NCBI GenBank assembly: GCA_965277715.1
Contig: OZ255836.1
Span: 1,056,001 to 1,120,000 of the forward strand
Direction: 5' to 3'
DNA from: Gammaproteobacteria bacterium
GTDB lineage: Bacteria; Pseudomonadota; Gammaproteobacteria; JBCCGL01
Length of the DNA: 64,000 nt
Shown here: in pieces, positions 17,663 through 28,601 of the stretch
Numbering within the stretch: position 1 is the first letter of the stretch
How the letters are laid out: every line of letters starts with the position of its first letter
Program-made: the position numbers and the translations under genes
The notes under the pieces: generated by a model
Databases searched by the model: none
What the model was told of the DNA's origin: nothing
Seen by the model: the letters and a program-made list of their open reading frames with translations, nothing else

Positions 17663-19546
17663 TCAGTCGTGGTATTTTTGTGCATTGGCGGGCACGTAGG
17701 TTTCGATGGGTGTGAAATCGATGTTCAGGCCCAATTTGGTCACTTCAAGGTTTTGCAGGCGTTTATCGACAAACAAGAGGGTTTTGCGCCGCATCAAAAA
17801 AGTATAGGGCTGCTCGCTGTGAATAATACCCTCCGCCTGCCGCCACAGGGCCATGCGGGCATCTTCATCGACACTGGCACGGGCGGCATCGATCAGTTGG
17901 TCGAGCGCCTCACTTTTAAAATGAACAAAATTATCGCCCCGGTCTTGAATCTGTGCACTGTGCAGCATTTGATAAATATCGGTCTCGACACCGCTGGTCC
18001 AGCCTAGCGTGATCGCATCAAAATCGCGCTTATCGATTAAATCAATCATCACCGACCATTCTGTGGCAACAGGCTGCATGACAATACCGGCCTGTGCATA
18101 GAGGTCTTTTAACAACAGCACAATACGCCGGGTATCTTCACTGCCCTGAAAGTAAACCAATTCAAATTCAAAGGCATTGCCAGTGGTATCTTCCAGCACA
18201 CCATCACCGTCACGGTCTTCATAACCCGCTTCACCGAGTAGCTTTAATGCCTTTTCAACACTATAGACGTGCGGTTTCAGGTTTTTATCGTGCTGTGCGC
18301 TGCGCGGGTTAAACGGGCTGATCGCCTGCTCGGCGTAGCCTTGCATAACCTCTTCGATAATCCGCTCGCGGTCGGTTAGCCAGGTCATCGCCTGGCGCAC
18401 ACGCCTGTCGGCAAAGTGGGTGATTGTGTCGCCACGTTTTTGGTTCCAGCCGATATAGCTATAACCGGCAACCGGGTTCATATACTCAAACTGTTGGCTG
18501 TGCCGGGTAAAATCGGGGTCTTCGCGTAGCGACTGGTATTCGCGGGGTCTGGCGAGGTACATATCGATATCACCGTTGCGAAAAGTGGTTAGGCGCGCAT
18601 TGTCATTCTCGATGATTTTCCACAAAATTCGCTCATAGGCAGGCTGTACCGGCCCCCAGTAACGCGGGTTTCGCTGTAACTCGACCAGGCCGATATCGGG
18701 TGTCCAGGCAGTGGGGTCGTTGAGGCGGTATGGCCCCGACCCCATTAGCAACCCTTTTGATTCGTTAAACGTGTGGGGTTGTTCGAGGTATTTTTGGTAA
18801 AAGTGCTGCGGCATAATCTGTAGGCCGCCCGCCAGCGCCATGCTATTAAAATAAGGCGCCCGAAACGTAAATACCACGGTGTATTGATCCGTCGCCACAA
18901 CCGATTCGAGCTTCTCTAAAACGGCCCGTTCACGCGGCGCATTGATCGATGGGTTCATAATAAAATCAAAACTAAACGCCACATCTTCAGCGTCGAGCGG
19001 TTCACCATCGGAAAATGTCACTCCTTCACGCAGTGTAAATGTAATCGTTAACCCATCGGCACTGACATCCCAGGATTTGGCGATATGCCCCTCCCAATCG
19101 AGTGTATCCGGGTTGCGACTGAGCAGTGACTCCAGAACAAAGCTCTGCACTTTTGAGGAATAGGCATCCGCAGACACCAGCGGGGTAATCGTTTTTAAGC
19201 CATTGCCGAAGGCTTTGACCAGCCAGCCACCCGGCGAGTAATCGCCCCTGCCCTGCGCCTGCCGTGCCCGTGCAAACGTCGGTTCTGTATCGTCGATAGA
19301 CGGTATCGTGGTATCTGCCTGCGTATTTGCAGCAGTGGGAACGCCATGCTTGAATTCATTGCGCAAGGTGCGCAAATCTTCGCGTAACGCGCTTAAATCA
19401 CCGGCCTGCTCGACCAGTGTGGTACGCATTCGCGAGAGCATTTCCCACTGCCGGTCGACCATATACATGGACAGCAGAATTAAAACGGCGATGCCGCCCA
19501 GCACGGCGTATAGGAAAAAATCTTTTCGGGAAAAGCGTTGACTCAT
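17663..19546 (-). CDS. Peptide ABC transporter substrate-binding protein (family 5), N-terminally anchored
   Basis: SWDVSADGLTITFTLREGVTFSDGEP, GSGPY, FADRRVRQAM. Confidence 0.9.
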   Translation of the reverse strand: MSQRFSRKDFFLYAVLGGIAVLILLSMYMVDRQWEMLSRMRTTLVEQAGDLSALREDLRTLRNEFKHGVPTAANTQADTTIPSIDDTEPTFARARQAQGRGDYSPGGWLVKAFGNGLKTITPLVSADAYSSKVQSFVLESLLSRNPDTLDWEGHIAKSWDVSADGLTITFTLREGVTFSDGEPLDAEDVAFSFDFIMNPSINAPRERAVLEKLESVVATDQYTVVFTFRAPYFNSMALAGGLQIMPQHFYQKYLEQPHTFNESKGLLMGSGPYRLNDPTAWTPDIGLVELQRNPRYWGPVQPAYERILWKIIENDNARLTTFRNGDIDMYLARPREYQSLREDPDFTRHSQQFEYMNPVAGYSYIGWNQKRGDTITHFADRRVRQAMTWLTDRERIIEEVMQGYAEQAISPFNPRSAQHDKNLKPHVYSVEKALKLLGEAGYEDRDGDGVLEDTTGNAFEFELVYFQGSEDTRRIVLLLKDLYAQAGIVMQPVATEWSVMIDLIDKRDFDAITLGWTSGVETDIYQMLHSAQIQDRGDNFVHFKSEALDQLIDAARASVDEDARMALWRQAEGIIHSEQPYTFLMRRKTLLFVDKRLQNLEVTKLGLNIDFTPIETYVPANAQKYHD

Positions 19547-19675
19547 GCAAATATTCCGGGGTCGGTATTCACCTGGCAATCACTCTCTACAGGATGTGAA
19601 CAGTGAGTGAGTATGGTGACATAGGTCACAGTGGTTTAAACTACAAACACGATTAAAACATAAAAGCACAGGAGC

Positions 19676-20467
19676 ATGAACATGGGTTTTCTAAGCGGCA
19701 AACGCGCGTTAATTTCAGGGGTTGCCAGCAAGCGCTCTATCGCCTGGGGTATAGCACAATCCATGCACCGGGAAGGTGCCGAATTGGCTTTTACCTACCA
19801 GGGCGAGCGGCTGAAAGACCGCGTTGTTGCGCTCGCTGCCGACTGTGGCTCTGACGTGGTATTGCCCTGCAATGTAGAGAGCGACGATGAAATCGCCGCC
19901 ACCTTTTCGCAATTGGGCGAACGTTGGGACTCGCTGGATATATTAGTCCATTCCATTGCCTTTGCACCGGGCGATCAACTCGAAGGGGACTTTCTGGACA
20001 ATATCAACCGCGATGGTTTTCGCATCGCCCACGAAATAAGCTCCTACAGCTTCGCCGCTATGGCAAAACAGGCCCGGCCACTGATGGCAGGGCGGGACGC
20101 CTCACTCATCACCCTCACCTACCTCGGCGCAGTACAGGCACTGCCCAATTACAATGTAATGGGCCTGGCCAAAGCCAGCCTCGAAGCAAATACACGTTAC
20201 CTGGCCAGCTCGCTTGGCCCGCAAGGTATCCGCGTCAACGCTATCTCTGCGGGTCCGTTGAGAACTCTGGCGGCAGCGGGCATCGCCGATTTCAGAAAAC
20301 TGCTGGAATACGTGGAAAACACCGCCCCCCTGCGCCGCAATGTCACCATTGAACAAGTGGGGGATACCGCCGCCTTTCTGGGTTCAGATTTATCGGCGGG
20401 AATTACCGGGCAGGTAATTTATGTCGATAGTGGGTATAACACAGTGGGTATGCCTAATCCGAACTAA
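19676..20467 (+). CDS. fabI: Enoyl-ACP reductase FabI
   Basis: [33 protein letters not shown]. Confidence 0.96.
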   Translation: MNMGFLSGKRALISGVASKRSIAWGIAQSMHREGAELAFTYQGERLKDRVVALAADCGSDVVLPCNVESDDEIAATFSQLGERWDSLDILVHSIAFAPGDQLEGDFLDNINRDGFRIAHEISSYSFAAMAKQARPLMAGRDASLITLTYLGAVQALPNYNVMGLAKASLEANTRYLASSLGPQGIRVNAISAGPLRTLAAAGIADFRKLLEYVENTAPLRRNVTIEQVGDTAAFLGSDLSAGITGQVIYVDSGYNTVGMPNPN

Positions 20468-20592
20468 AGGTTTACCGATAGGGACGCACATAGTGCGTCT
20501 CTCTATAGAGAACCATTGCAATGCCCAACAAGCCTAAAATTGCAATGAGATTATTTTTTGTTGGACTGCCTACTCGTTTAATCACAATAGTT

Positions 20593-21531
20593 TTATCTAC
20601 CTGGTAAAAGCTCGTGTCTCCATGGGGGATTTGCACCCGCACGACAAACGGTAATTGTCGCCACTTGTGTAGCAAAATCTAACGCTTCTTCAATAGCATC
20701 AGAAGAAATGCCCAATAACCTGTCCTTTTGAAGTTCACCTAACGCTGAAAGCTTTGCCATCAAACCGGCGTTAAACGTATCGCCCGCCCCAATAGTATCG
20801 ATGACATCGACTGTTATAGCCGGTACTGATACCTGGTGCTTGTTTCCAAAATAGGCTCGCGAACCGCCCTCTCCGAGAGTCAGTATTACCACCTTCGGCC
20901 CGGCTGATCGCAGTGTATTAAGTTTTTCGTCAATCGATTGTGGTTCTGGATATATCCAGTTCAAATCTTCATCAGACACTTTTACTATATCGGATACGGC
21001 GATCATTCGATTCAGCCTATTTCTGTACAGCGCGACATCGCGGATGAAATTAGGCCTGATATTGGGGTCGAGCATAATGACCCTTGAATTCGAATTGCCC
21101 TCGGCTAGAGCGACATAAGCTTCAGCACAGGGTTCGCATGCCAAGCTTATTCCACCAAGATACAGTGCGGTTATATCCTCTGTGATTTTTTGAATGTCTT
21201 CTGGGTAGAGCATCCGGCCCGCTGAATTCTCATCAAAGAACATGTAAGCGGCCTGACCATCTGTAATCTGTACAAAAGCCAGTGTTGAGGGCCTATCGCT
21301 ATTAATCAGTAAACGTGTATCGACATTGCTTGCGACCAGAAAATCGGTCAGTTGCTGACCAAATAAATCATTGGATATACCGGACAACAGACCGACCTCC
21401 ACACCGAGACGACCCAATGCAATCGACGTATTGAAAATCGCCCCACCGGAATGAGGAACATACCCTGTATCACCGTTGTCAGTGGGCGTCGGAATCATGT
21501 CAATTAGCGCTTCACCACAACATAAAATCAT
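20593..21531 (-). CDS. PfkB carbohydrate kinase (fructokinase-like)
   Basis: CGEALID, DPNIRP, DTIGAGDTF. Confidence 0.9.
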   Translation of the reverse strand: MILCCGEALIDMIPTPTDNGDTGYVPHSGGAIFNTSIALGRLGVEVGLLSGISNDLFGQQLTDFLVASNVDTRLLINSDRPSTLAFVQITDGQAAYMFFDENSAGRMLYPEDIQKITEDITALYLGGISLACEPCAEAYVALAEGNSNSRVIMLDPNIRPNFIRDVALYRNRLNRMIAVSDIVKVSDEDLNWIYPEPQSIDEKLNTLRSAGPKVVILTLGEGGSRAYFGNKHQVSVPAITVDVIDTIGAGDTFNAGLMAKLSALGELQKDRLLGISSDAIEEALDFATQVATITVCRAGANPPWRHELLPGR

Positions 21532-21568
21532 TTTTTATTACCACTTTGTGCGATGACAATGAAACACC

Positions 21569-22627
21569 TTATTGGCCTTGCTCAACATCAATATCGATGC
21601 GCAACCCTGTTGACTTGTTAAAACGATGTACGTGCTCCGGTTGTACATCGAACGAAAGCGTATCGCCTATTTCAGCATTGGGCGGATGCGCCATTTTCAC
21701 AATAAAGTCTGTTCCGATTTGGCACGTCATATGAGCGAGCGCATATTCACCCAGTTGCTCCACTAGTTCGAGTTTACCGTCGACGATCGCCTCGTTCGGT
21801 TCACAATGGCGTAAATGCTCGGGGCGGATACCCACAAACTCATCCACTGAAATGGTTTTGGCAAGTCGGGAATGGGTATTTTTAGCCAAATCATCGACAC
21901 TGAAGAAATTCATTTTTGGACTGCCGATAAACTGTGCGACAAATGTATTGGCTGGCCGCTTGTACAACGCTATGGGGGTGCCGATCTGTTCGATGTTACC
22001 GCTTTTTAGCACAACGATTTTGTCGGCCAACGTCATCGCTTCGATTTGGTCGTGAGTGACGTAGATCATCGTCGCACCCAATAACTTGTGCAAACGCGCA
22101 ATCTCCAGGCGGGTTTGCACCCGAAGCGCCGCATCGAGATTTGACAGTGGTTCGTCAAACAGGAACACCTCGGGCTCACGCACGATAGCGCGGCCAATAG
22201 CGACCCGTTGGCGCTGCCCGCCGGACAATGCACGGGGCGTCCGCTCAAGCAGCTCGGTGATATGGAGAACCTCAGCGGCAGCACTTACGCGGCGTTGAAT
22301 TTCATCCGCAGGGGTCTTAGCTTGCTTCAAGCCAAACGCCATATTATTGAAAACAGTCATGTGTGGGTAGAGCGCATAGGTCTGAAAAACCATCGCCACA
22401 CCCCGCTTTGAAGGTGCCACCTCGTTCACGACTGTTTCACCGATAGAGACATTGCCTTCGGTAATGTCTTCAAGACCGGCGATCATACGAAGCAGCGTGG
22501 ATTTGCCACAGCCAGATGGACCGACAAATACAACGAATTCGCCGTCAGCGATATCCAGGTCAATACCGTGCACGACCTGCGTGCTGCCATAAGATTTAGA
22601 GACGTTTTTTATCGTTACACTGGCCAT
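21569..22627 (-). CDS. Sugar/polyol ABC ATP-binding protein
   Basis: GPSGCGKS, LSGGQRQRVAIGR, DEPLSNLD. Confidence 0.93.
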   Translation of the reverse strand: MASVTIKNVSKSYGSTQVVHGIDLDIADGEFVVFVGPSGCGKSTLLRMIAGLEDITEGNVSIGETVVNEVAPSKRGVAMVFQTYALYPHMTVFNNMAFGLKQAKTPADEIQRRVSAAAEVLHITELLERTPRALSGGQRQRVAIGRAIVREPEVFLFDEPLSNLDAALRVQTRLEIARLHKLLGATMIYVTHDQIEAMTLADKIVVLKSGNIEQIGTPIALYKRPANTFVAQFIGSPKMNFFSVDDLAKNTHSRLAKTISVDEFVGIRPEHLRHCEPNEAIVDGKLELVEQLGEYALAHMTCQIGTDFIVKMAHPPNAEIGDTLSFDVQPEHVHRFNKSTGLRIDIDVEQGQ

Positions 22628-24033
22628 TTCTTTTCCATCTTTTTAATTGATGCGATGACGCTGGGTACGAAATCGGGGAATGTGCTCGGCATGCTTGCCC
22701 AGAGCTGCGGTAAACGTGCAAAAGCCTCTTCCTGCCCTGTGGCGAGCAAGGGAAGAAGCGATTCCCAGTTAGGTTCATGGTACGTCACAGGCATCACCCC
22801 ATTAGCAAATCGGCGTGCGTAGACGTACCAACTGGCGATGCAGTCGTATCCAAATTGCGGGACAATACCTTGGGTCAGGCAACTCTCCAGTGTTGGATGT
22901 ACAAATAAGGGTAATTTGGAAAAACCGTCCATGCAAATTCGCTCCAGTGAATCGGCTATGGCAGCGTTGCTGAAACGCGCCGCTACTTTATCGAGATAAG
23001 CGTATTTATCGAAAGGTAGATCGGTATTCAGGCCAGGTAAAACCTCTTGCTGTTCCCAACCATCAAAATGTGCACGCATCTGAGGGTCGCGCATTGCTTC
23101 GTCAAATGTTGTCTTGCCAGCCAGTGCTGCCAGGTAGGCAAGACCAGAGTGTCCTCCATTGAGGATGCGAATCTTGGCTTCTTCATACGGAGTAACATCT
23201 TCGACTACCTCCACCCCCGCTTTGCCGATATCCGGGAACCCCACGGCAAGCTTGTCTTCCAACACCCATTGTATAAAGGCCTCTCCATGAATAGGGCTAA
23301 GTACCCGCCCCGGAAAGCATTTATCAATTTCGTTTTCCAATTTCTCACTCGTGCTTGGTGTTATACGGTCAACCATTGAGCAGGGGAATACGGCTTTAGC
23401 GCGCACCCATTCAGCGAGATCGAAACGATTGCTCAATTCAAGATACGATAGAAAGTTTCGCTCCAGCATTTGACCGTTTGCGCGGATATTGTCGCAGCAA
23501 AGAATCGAAATAGGATGGTCAGTCTCTTTTGCACGAAGCTCAAGCCCACGAGCAAGATAAGCGTAAATCGATGAGTGCGCACCTTCGGTAATTTCACGGC
23601 TGATGATCGGGTCATCCAAGTTAAGCGATCCCTCGTCGTCGAGGTAGTAGCCGCTCTCGGTAACGGTGATGGTAACTGCATGAACGCTCGGACATGCAAG
23701 CAGCGCCTCCGCAGCCGCCTTATCGACAGACCAATCGGTGAATGACAAATGTGGGCGTACCAAACGAAAATGAGTATCACCTACAGGGCTAATGGCCTTC
23801 AATAAATAACCGTCGTCCGCTCGTGCGGTTTGCGCAAATGTTGCCGCCTCGGAACTGCGCAGGTTTACGGCGGCAATGCCCCAATTCAAGTCACCGGATA
23901 ATTCCATGTAATCATCGAAAAACACCGCTTGGTGAGCCCTGTGAAAGGCACCGTAGCCGACGTGAACCACGCCTATATTGCAGTTTGCACGATCATAAGT
24001 CGTACTAAACAGTGTTGTGCAATCTTGAGTCAT
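22615..24033 (-). CDS. Mannitol dehydrogenase family (D-arabitol/mannitol dehydrogenase)
   Basis: VHVGYGAFHRAHQA, TVTESGY, CCDN, SMVDRITP, KIRILNGGH. Confidence 0.9.
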   Translation of the reverse strand: MTQDCTTLFSTTYDRANCNIGVVHVGYGAFHRAHQAVFFDDYMELSGDLNWGIAAVNLRSSEAATFAQTARADDGYLLKAISPVGDTHFRLVRPHLSFTDWSVDKAAAEALLACPSVHAVTITVTESGYYLDDEGSLNLDDPIISREITEGAHSSIYAYLARGLELRAKETDHPISILCCDNIRANGQMLERNFLSYLELSNRFDLAEWVRAKAVFPCSMVDRITPSTSEKLENEIDKCFPGRVLSPIHGEAFIQWVLEDKLAVGFPDIGKAGVEVVEDVTPYEEAKIRILNGGHSGLAYLAALAGKTTFDEAMRDPQMRAHFDGWEQQEVLPGLNTDLPFDKYAYLDKVAARFSNAAIADSLERICMDGFSKLPLFVHPTLESCLTQGIVPQFGYDCIASWYVYARRFANGVMPVTYHEPNWESLLPLLATGQEEAFARLPQLWASMPSTFPDFVPSVIASIKKMEKKWPV

Positions 24034-24929
24034 TGAGTATCAACTTCTTTTAGCATCAATTCTGACCGCGCCTGTTCCCGATAAGCTGTCGGCGTCATGT
24101 TCTTCATTCGCAGAAATTGACGATTAAAATTAGCGAGGTTTTTAAATCCAACCTCGTAGCAAATAGACGAAACCTGCTCGTCCGTGGAGTACAGCATTGA
24201 ACAGGCTTGCCCGATGCGCACCCGGTTTACAAATTCGATAAAGCGATTGCCAGTATGCTTCTGAAAATGCCGGGAAAATGCCGTGTGGCTCATTCCGGCA
24301 ATCTCCGCCGCTTTTTCCAGCGACATGTCCATACCAAAGTTCTTGGTGATGTAGTCGATAACATCGGCGATACGTGTCTGCTTGCTATTGCCTTCAGGTT
24401 GAGTCAATTTGACGACAGAGAGCATTTTTTTCTCAACATGCGCATTCACGTGAACGAGAAGTTTCAAGAAAGCGACAATCCGCTCCAGGCCCATCGCGTC
24501 ACGAATAGTTTGAAAGTGCTCTATTGCCACAGTGGGGCTGAACCTGACGAATTCGATACCCGACCGGGCAAGTTCAAACATCTGCTCCATTTCCCGGAAT
24601 TCAGGGAAGGCGTGCAATAAACTATCAATGCTGTCCTGATTGAACTGCACAACCATGTCGCGCAATGCCGCCTTGGAGGGAAAAACATTGTCAGTAATCC
24701 AATTATGTGGCAACTTTGGGCCAGTCAAAAACAGTGATCCCGGTTTGAAATCACCCACGTAGTCACCGACGAATACCTTACCTGTCGTCGCAGTAATCAA
24801 GTGCAGTTCATACTCTTCGTGACTGTGCCATCGGCACAGCTCACTCGGCCAACCGTGTTCCAGGTAGCGAATACTTTCCACTGCACGGTCGACATACTCT
24901 ATCTCTGCGACAATGGTAGACATGTGCAC
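24030..24929 (-). CDS. AraC-family regulator (MtlR-like)
   Basis: RWHSHEEYELH...LPHNW; C-terminal VGFKNLANFNRQF..KNMTP. Confidence 0.9.
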   Translation of the reverse strand: MHMSTIVAEIEYVDRAVESIRYLEHGWPSELCRWHSHEEYELHLITATTGKVFVGDYVGDFKPGSLFLTGPKLPHNWITDNVFPSKAALRDMVVQFNQDSIDSLLHAFPEFREMEQMFELARSGIEFVRFSPTVAIEHFQTIRDAMGLERIVAFLKLLVHVNAHVEKKMLSVVKLTQPEGNSKQTRIADVIDYITKNFGMDMSLEKAAEIAGMSHTAFSRHFQKHTGNRFIEFVNRVRIGQACSMLYSTDEQVSSICYEVGFKNLANFNRQFLRMKNMTPTAYREQARSELMLKEVDTQ

Positions 24930-24977
24930 TACCTCAACACGTTGCCGCCATCGGCGCTGCTCGCCAGGGCCGCAATG

Positions 24978-25808
24978 TCACTTCACCGCTCCAAAGGTTA
25001 GTCCTTGAACCAGTTGTTTTTGGGTAAACCAACCGAACACGACAATGGGTGCGCAGGCCAATGTCGATACCGCCGATAGCTTGGCCCAAAACAACCCCTC
25101 CGGGCTCGAAAACGACGCAACGAGAGCAACGAGCGTGCCCGCATCCGATGAGGTCAGAGTGATCGACCAAAACGCTTCGTTCCAAAGAAGGACAATGGAC
25201 AAAAGCGCGGTTGAGGCAATCCCGCCCTTAGCCAACGGCATAACAACCTGTGTGATTTCATTGAAAGTCGAGGTGCCATCCATACGGCTAGCTTCGAGTA
25301 TTTCTTTGGGAATCTCGCGAAAATAGTTGAACAAAATCATCATGATAATCGGCAGGTTGATAAGTGCGAAAATCACAATAAGCGCTATCCGCGTATCCAA
25401 TAGTGCCAATTTTTGGCAGATTAGATAAATCGGCATCAACACACCAACCGCTGGCAGCATTTTGGTCGAAAGCATCCATAATAAGATGTCCTTGGTCCAA
25501 CGGCTTGGGTTGAAGGCCATGGCATAAGCGGCGGGGATCGCAATCAGTGATGCCAATAAGGTACCGCCGAAGCTAGTGATGACTGAGTTCAGCGCATAAC
25601 GGAAATAGTCTGTACGCTCTTCAATTAGCGCAAAATTTTCCAATGTTGGTTCAAAAATCAATGTCGGTGGAACCGCAATGGCTTCAAGTTCCGTCTTAAA
25701 GCTGGTCAGTACCATCCAGAAAATCGGGAAGAAAAAGAGAAGCGCGACCACCCAAGCACAAACGGCCGCGAGCCTGTTCAATATTATTTCTTGCTGCTTA
25801 TCGGTCAT
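24978..25808 (-). CDS. Polyol ABC permease (SmoG/MtlG-like)
   Basis: FFPIFWM, LSTKMLP, EASRMDG, GLTFGAVK. Confidence 0.9.
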   Translation of the reverse strand: MTDKQQEIILNRLAAVCAWVVALLFFFPIFWMVLTSFKTELEAIAVPPTLIFEPTLENFALIEERTDYFRYALNSVITSFGGTLLASLIAIPAAYAMAFNPSRWTKDILLWMLSTKMLPAVGVLMPIYLICQKLALLDTRIALIVIFALINLPIIMMILFNYFREIPKEILEASRMDGTSTFNEITQVVMPLAKGGIASTALLSIVLLWNEAFWSITLTSSDAGTLVALVASFSSPEGLFWAKLSAVSTLACAPIVVFGWFTQKQLVQGLTFGAVK

Positions 25809-25809
25809 A

Positions 25810-26673
25810 TCACGACACCGTCAGGTTCTTGCCAATCAAACGAATAAGGAAAAACGCCACAATGTTAGCCAAAATAATCGCAAATACTCCGCCAGCGGAG
25901 GAGACCCCAATATCAAACCCCTGTAGGGCCTGGGCAAAAATGAGAAAGGTCAAGTTCGTTGAACTGGTTCCCGGCCCACCGCCGGTGGTGACGAAAATTT
26001 CAGCAAAAATCGACAAATGAAAAATCATTTGAATCAACAGCACAATCGCAATTGGCCGGGCCAGATGCGGTAGAGTCAAATGCCAGAATTGAGCCCAGAA
26101 GCCTGCACCATCCAAAAGGGCGGCTTCCTTTTGTTCGTGATCTTGACTTTGCAATGACGTCATGAAAATAAGGATTGCAAAAGGCGTCCATTGCCAGCTG
26201 ACGATAATGATAATCGACAACAACGGATATTGTGCCAACCAATCCACCGGGTCGGCACCAATAGCTTGTGCGACGACAGCAAAGAGGCCGTAAATGGGGT
26301 TCATCATCATGTTTTTCCATAGCAGCGCATTAACTGTAGGCATGATAAAAAAGGGAGAAATTAACATGACCCGGACAATGCCCCTGCCCAGAAACGGTCG
26401 ATTTATCAAAAGTGCAATGGCAAGGCCAAGGATAACGGAAATGGCCAAAACTGAACCCACCAGCAAAAGTGTGTTTAATACCGCTGGCCAGAAAGTCGGA
26501 TCGGTATAGAAAAAGTCATAATTGGACCAACCAACGAATCCAGACCGCTCGGGATAGAGGAGATGGTAGCGAATTGTTGAAAAATAGATGGTCATACTCA
26601 GTGGCACAAGCATCCATACCAGCAAAACAATAATGCTCGGCGCTTGCAACCATCTGACAAGTGTTCTATTCAT
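25810..26673 (-). CDS. Polyol ABC permease (SmoF/MtlF-like)
   Basis: ISPFFIMP, WQWTPFA, EAALLDGA. Confidence 0.9.
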   Translation of the reverse strand: MNRTLVRWLQAPSIIVLLVWMLVPLSMTIYFSTIRYHLLYPERSGFVGWSNYDFFYTDPTFWPAVLNTLLLVGSVLAISVILGLAIALLINRPFLGRGIVRVMLISPFFIMPTVNALLWKNMMMNPIYGLFAVVAQAIGADPVDWLAQYPLLSIIIIVSWQWTPFAILIFMTSLQSQDHEQKEAALLDGAGFWAQFWHLTLPHLARPIAIVLLIQMIFHLSIFAEIFVTTGGGPGTSSTNLTFLIFAQALQGFDIGVSSAGGVFAIILANIVAFFLIRLIGKNLTVS

Positions 26674-26782
26674 TCGTCTACTCCTGTCTAGGTCTCATGT
26701 ATTAACTTGCATACAAGTAAATTAAATACATAGGATCTAGCTTTGAACGTTGACATACAAGCTAGGAACAGTGAAAAGAAAC

Positions 26783-26983
26783 CGGGCGGCGCGAGTACAC
26801 CGTCTACTTTCTTATATTGGCGTGTTCAGTTAGCCCACAAGCGTGACAGAGCAAGGCGTTGGTTAGTAAAAACAACGTAGCTATGGTGCGCTTGTGGGTT
26901 AACCCCTCATGTAAAACTAATGGGTTGGGCGTTGCGCTGAACCCGCCAATATAAGGCAAACGGTGTACTAGGCACGTCACCCG
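26783..26983. repeat. Nested long inverted repeat between the SBP and permease genes
   Basis: AGTACACCGT..CTTATATTGGCGTGTTCAG pairs with CTGAACCCGCCAATATAAG..ACGGTGTACT; inner arm TTAGCCCACAAGCG / CGCTTGTGGGTTAA. Confidence 0.8.
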
Positions 26984-27009
26984 TATTGAGGTATAAGCAC
27001 TATAGGTGC

Positions 27010-28317
27010 TTAGTAATACCCGCCTTTGCGCATTTCCCTATCAGCAGCCTTCTGTGAGTTAGCCAGCGCTTCTTCTACCGAGATTTCTCCCGCTAGTGCG
27101 GCAGTCATTTGCTGACCAACCGCAACGCCGATGGCTTGAAACTCAGGGATCGCTGCAAACTGTACACCAACATAGGGCGATGCATTCAGCGTTGAATCGT
27201 TTGGATTCGCCGACAGAATCGCTTTTAGCTCGGCTTGATCAAAGGTTGCAGCCGCCTGGAACTTCGGATTGTCATACGTTGATTGACGAGTGCCTGTGGG
27301 CACGCTACCCCAACCGTTCTTGGATGCGACTAATGCAATGTAGTCTTTCGAGGTTGCCCATTCGATAAACTTCTTGGCATCATCACCCTGCTTAGTACCG
27401 GCAGGGATTGCCAGCGACCAGGCCCACAACCAATTGGCTCCTTTTTTCGTTACCGAGTAAGGCGATTGAGCAAAAGCTATTTTGTCTGCAACGTTAGATT
27501 GTTTTGGATCAGTGACAAAGGAAGCGGCAATCGTCGCATCAATCCACATACCGCATTTGCCTTGGTTCATCAGCGCGAGGATTTCGTTGAATGAATTGTT
27601 GGCTGATCCAGGCGGGCCGTACTTTGTCAGCAGATCAACATAGAAATTGACCGCCTTATTCCAGGCTGGGCTATCGAGCGCTGGTGTCCAATCTTGATTA
27701 AACCACTGCGCACCGAAGGAGTTGGCCATTGTGGTAAGGAACGCCATATTATCGCCCCAACCCGGCTTGCCGCGTAGGCAAATGCCGTATACACCGTCAT
27801 TTTTATCCGTGATCGCAGCAGCGACATCGCGAATATGATCCCAGGTAGGGTTGTCTTCGATTTTCATGCCCGCCGCTTCGACAAGGTCTTTGCGGTACAT
27901 AATCATCGAGCTTTCGCCATAAAATGGTGCAGCGTAGAGTTTACCGTCGTAACTGAGACCGCCACGCATTGCCGGAAGAATATCATCGACATCATAGGCG
28001 GCACCAAATTCCAACGGCTCAAGCCAATTGCGTGAGCCCCAGATAGGCGCTTCGTACATACCAATAGTCATGACGTCAAACTGGCCACCTTTGGTCGAAA
28101 TATCGGTTGTAATACGTTGTCGCAATACGCCCTCTTCTAACGTCACCCATTTAAGCGTAATGCCTGGATGCGCTGCTTCAAATTCAGGGGTAAATTTTTG
28201 CATTTCGACCATGTGGCCATTATTTACCGTCGCGATGGTCAGTTCACCAGCAGAAGCTGATGTGGCACCAGCGGCGCACAATGCCAAGCTCAATGCAGTA
28301 CTTTTAAATAATTTCAT
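27010..28317 (-). CDS. Polyol ABC substrate-binding protein (SmoE/MtlE-like)
   Basis: Signal peptide; TIATVNNG, LEEGVLRQR, PFYGESS, CLRGKPGWG. Confidence 0.92.
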   Translation of the reverse strand: MKLFKSTALSLALCAAGATSASAGELTIATVNNGHMVEMQKFTPEFEAAHPGITLKWVTLEEGVLRQRITTDISTKGGQFDVMTIGMYEAPIWGSRNWLEPLEFGAAYDVDDILPAMRGGLSYDGKLYAAPFYGESSMIMYRKDLVEAAGMKIEDNPTWDHIRDVAAAITDKNDGVYGICLRGKPGWGDNMAFLTTMANSFGAQWFNQDWTPALDSPAWNKAVNFYVDLLTKYGPPGSANNSFNEILALMNQGKCGMWIDATIAASFVTDPKQSNVADKIAFAQSPYSVTKKGANWLWAWSLAIPAGTKQGDDAKKFIEWATSKDYIALVASKNGWGSVPTGTRQSTYDNPKFQAAATFDQAELKAILSANPNDSTLNASPYVGVQFAAIPEFQAIGVAVGQQMTAALAGEISVEEALANSQKAADREMRKGGYY

Positions 28318-28601
28318 ATTGTCCTCCCAAGGAATACGCACGTTGTTGTGCGGTGATGTATCTTGAAGCGCATAAGTATTTTTCGCCTAATACGAAAACA
28401 CCCAAAACCTATACTTTTATGACATTTTCTCTCTGAAAATGCATCTTTTTTTGTTATTTTTGTATCACTGGCAGCGCGCCCTTTCGCTTTATAGGTGTCG
28501 GTTTTAACTTCCCGGTTTACGGTTTAAATTTTGAGAAATGATTTTGATGTAAGGTAAGGTGATTCACCGCCGCATTCAGCAGTGGCCCGACAGGCTCCTG
28601 A

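Noticed and set aside
20472-20675. 67-aa ORF after the kinase
   Set aside because: Overlaps the kinase end and has no motif; at most a gene fragment.
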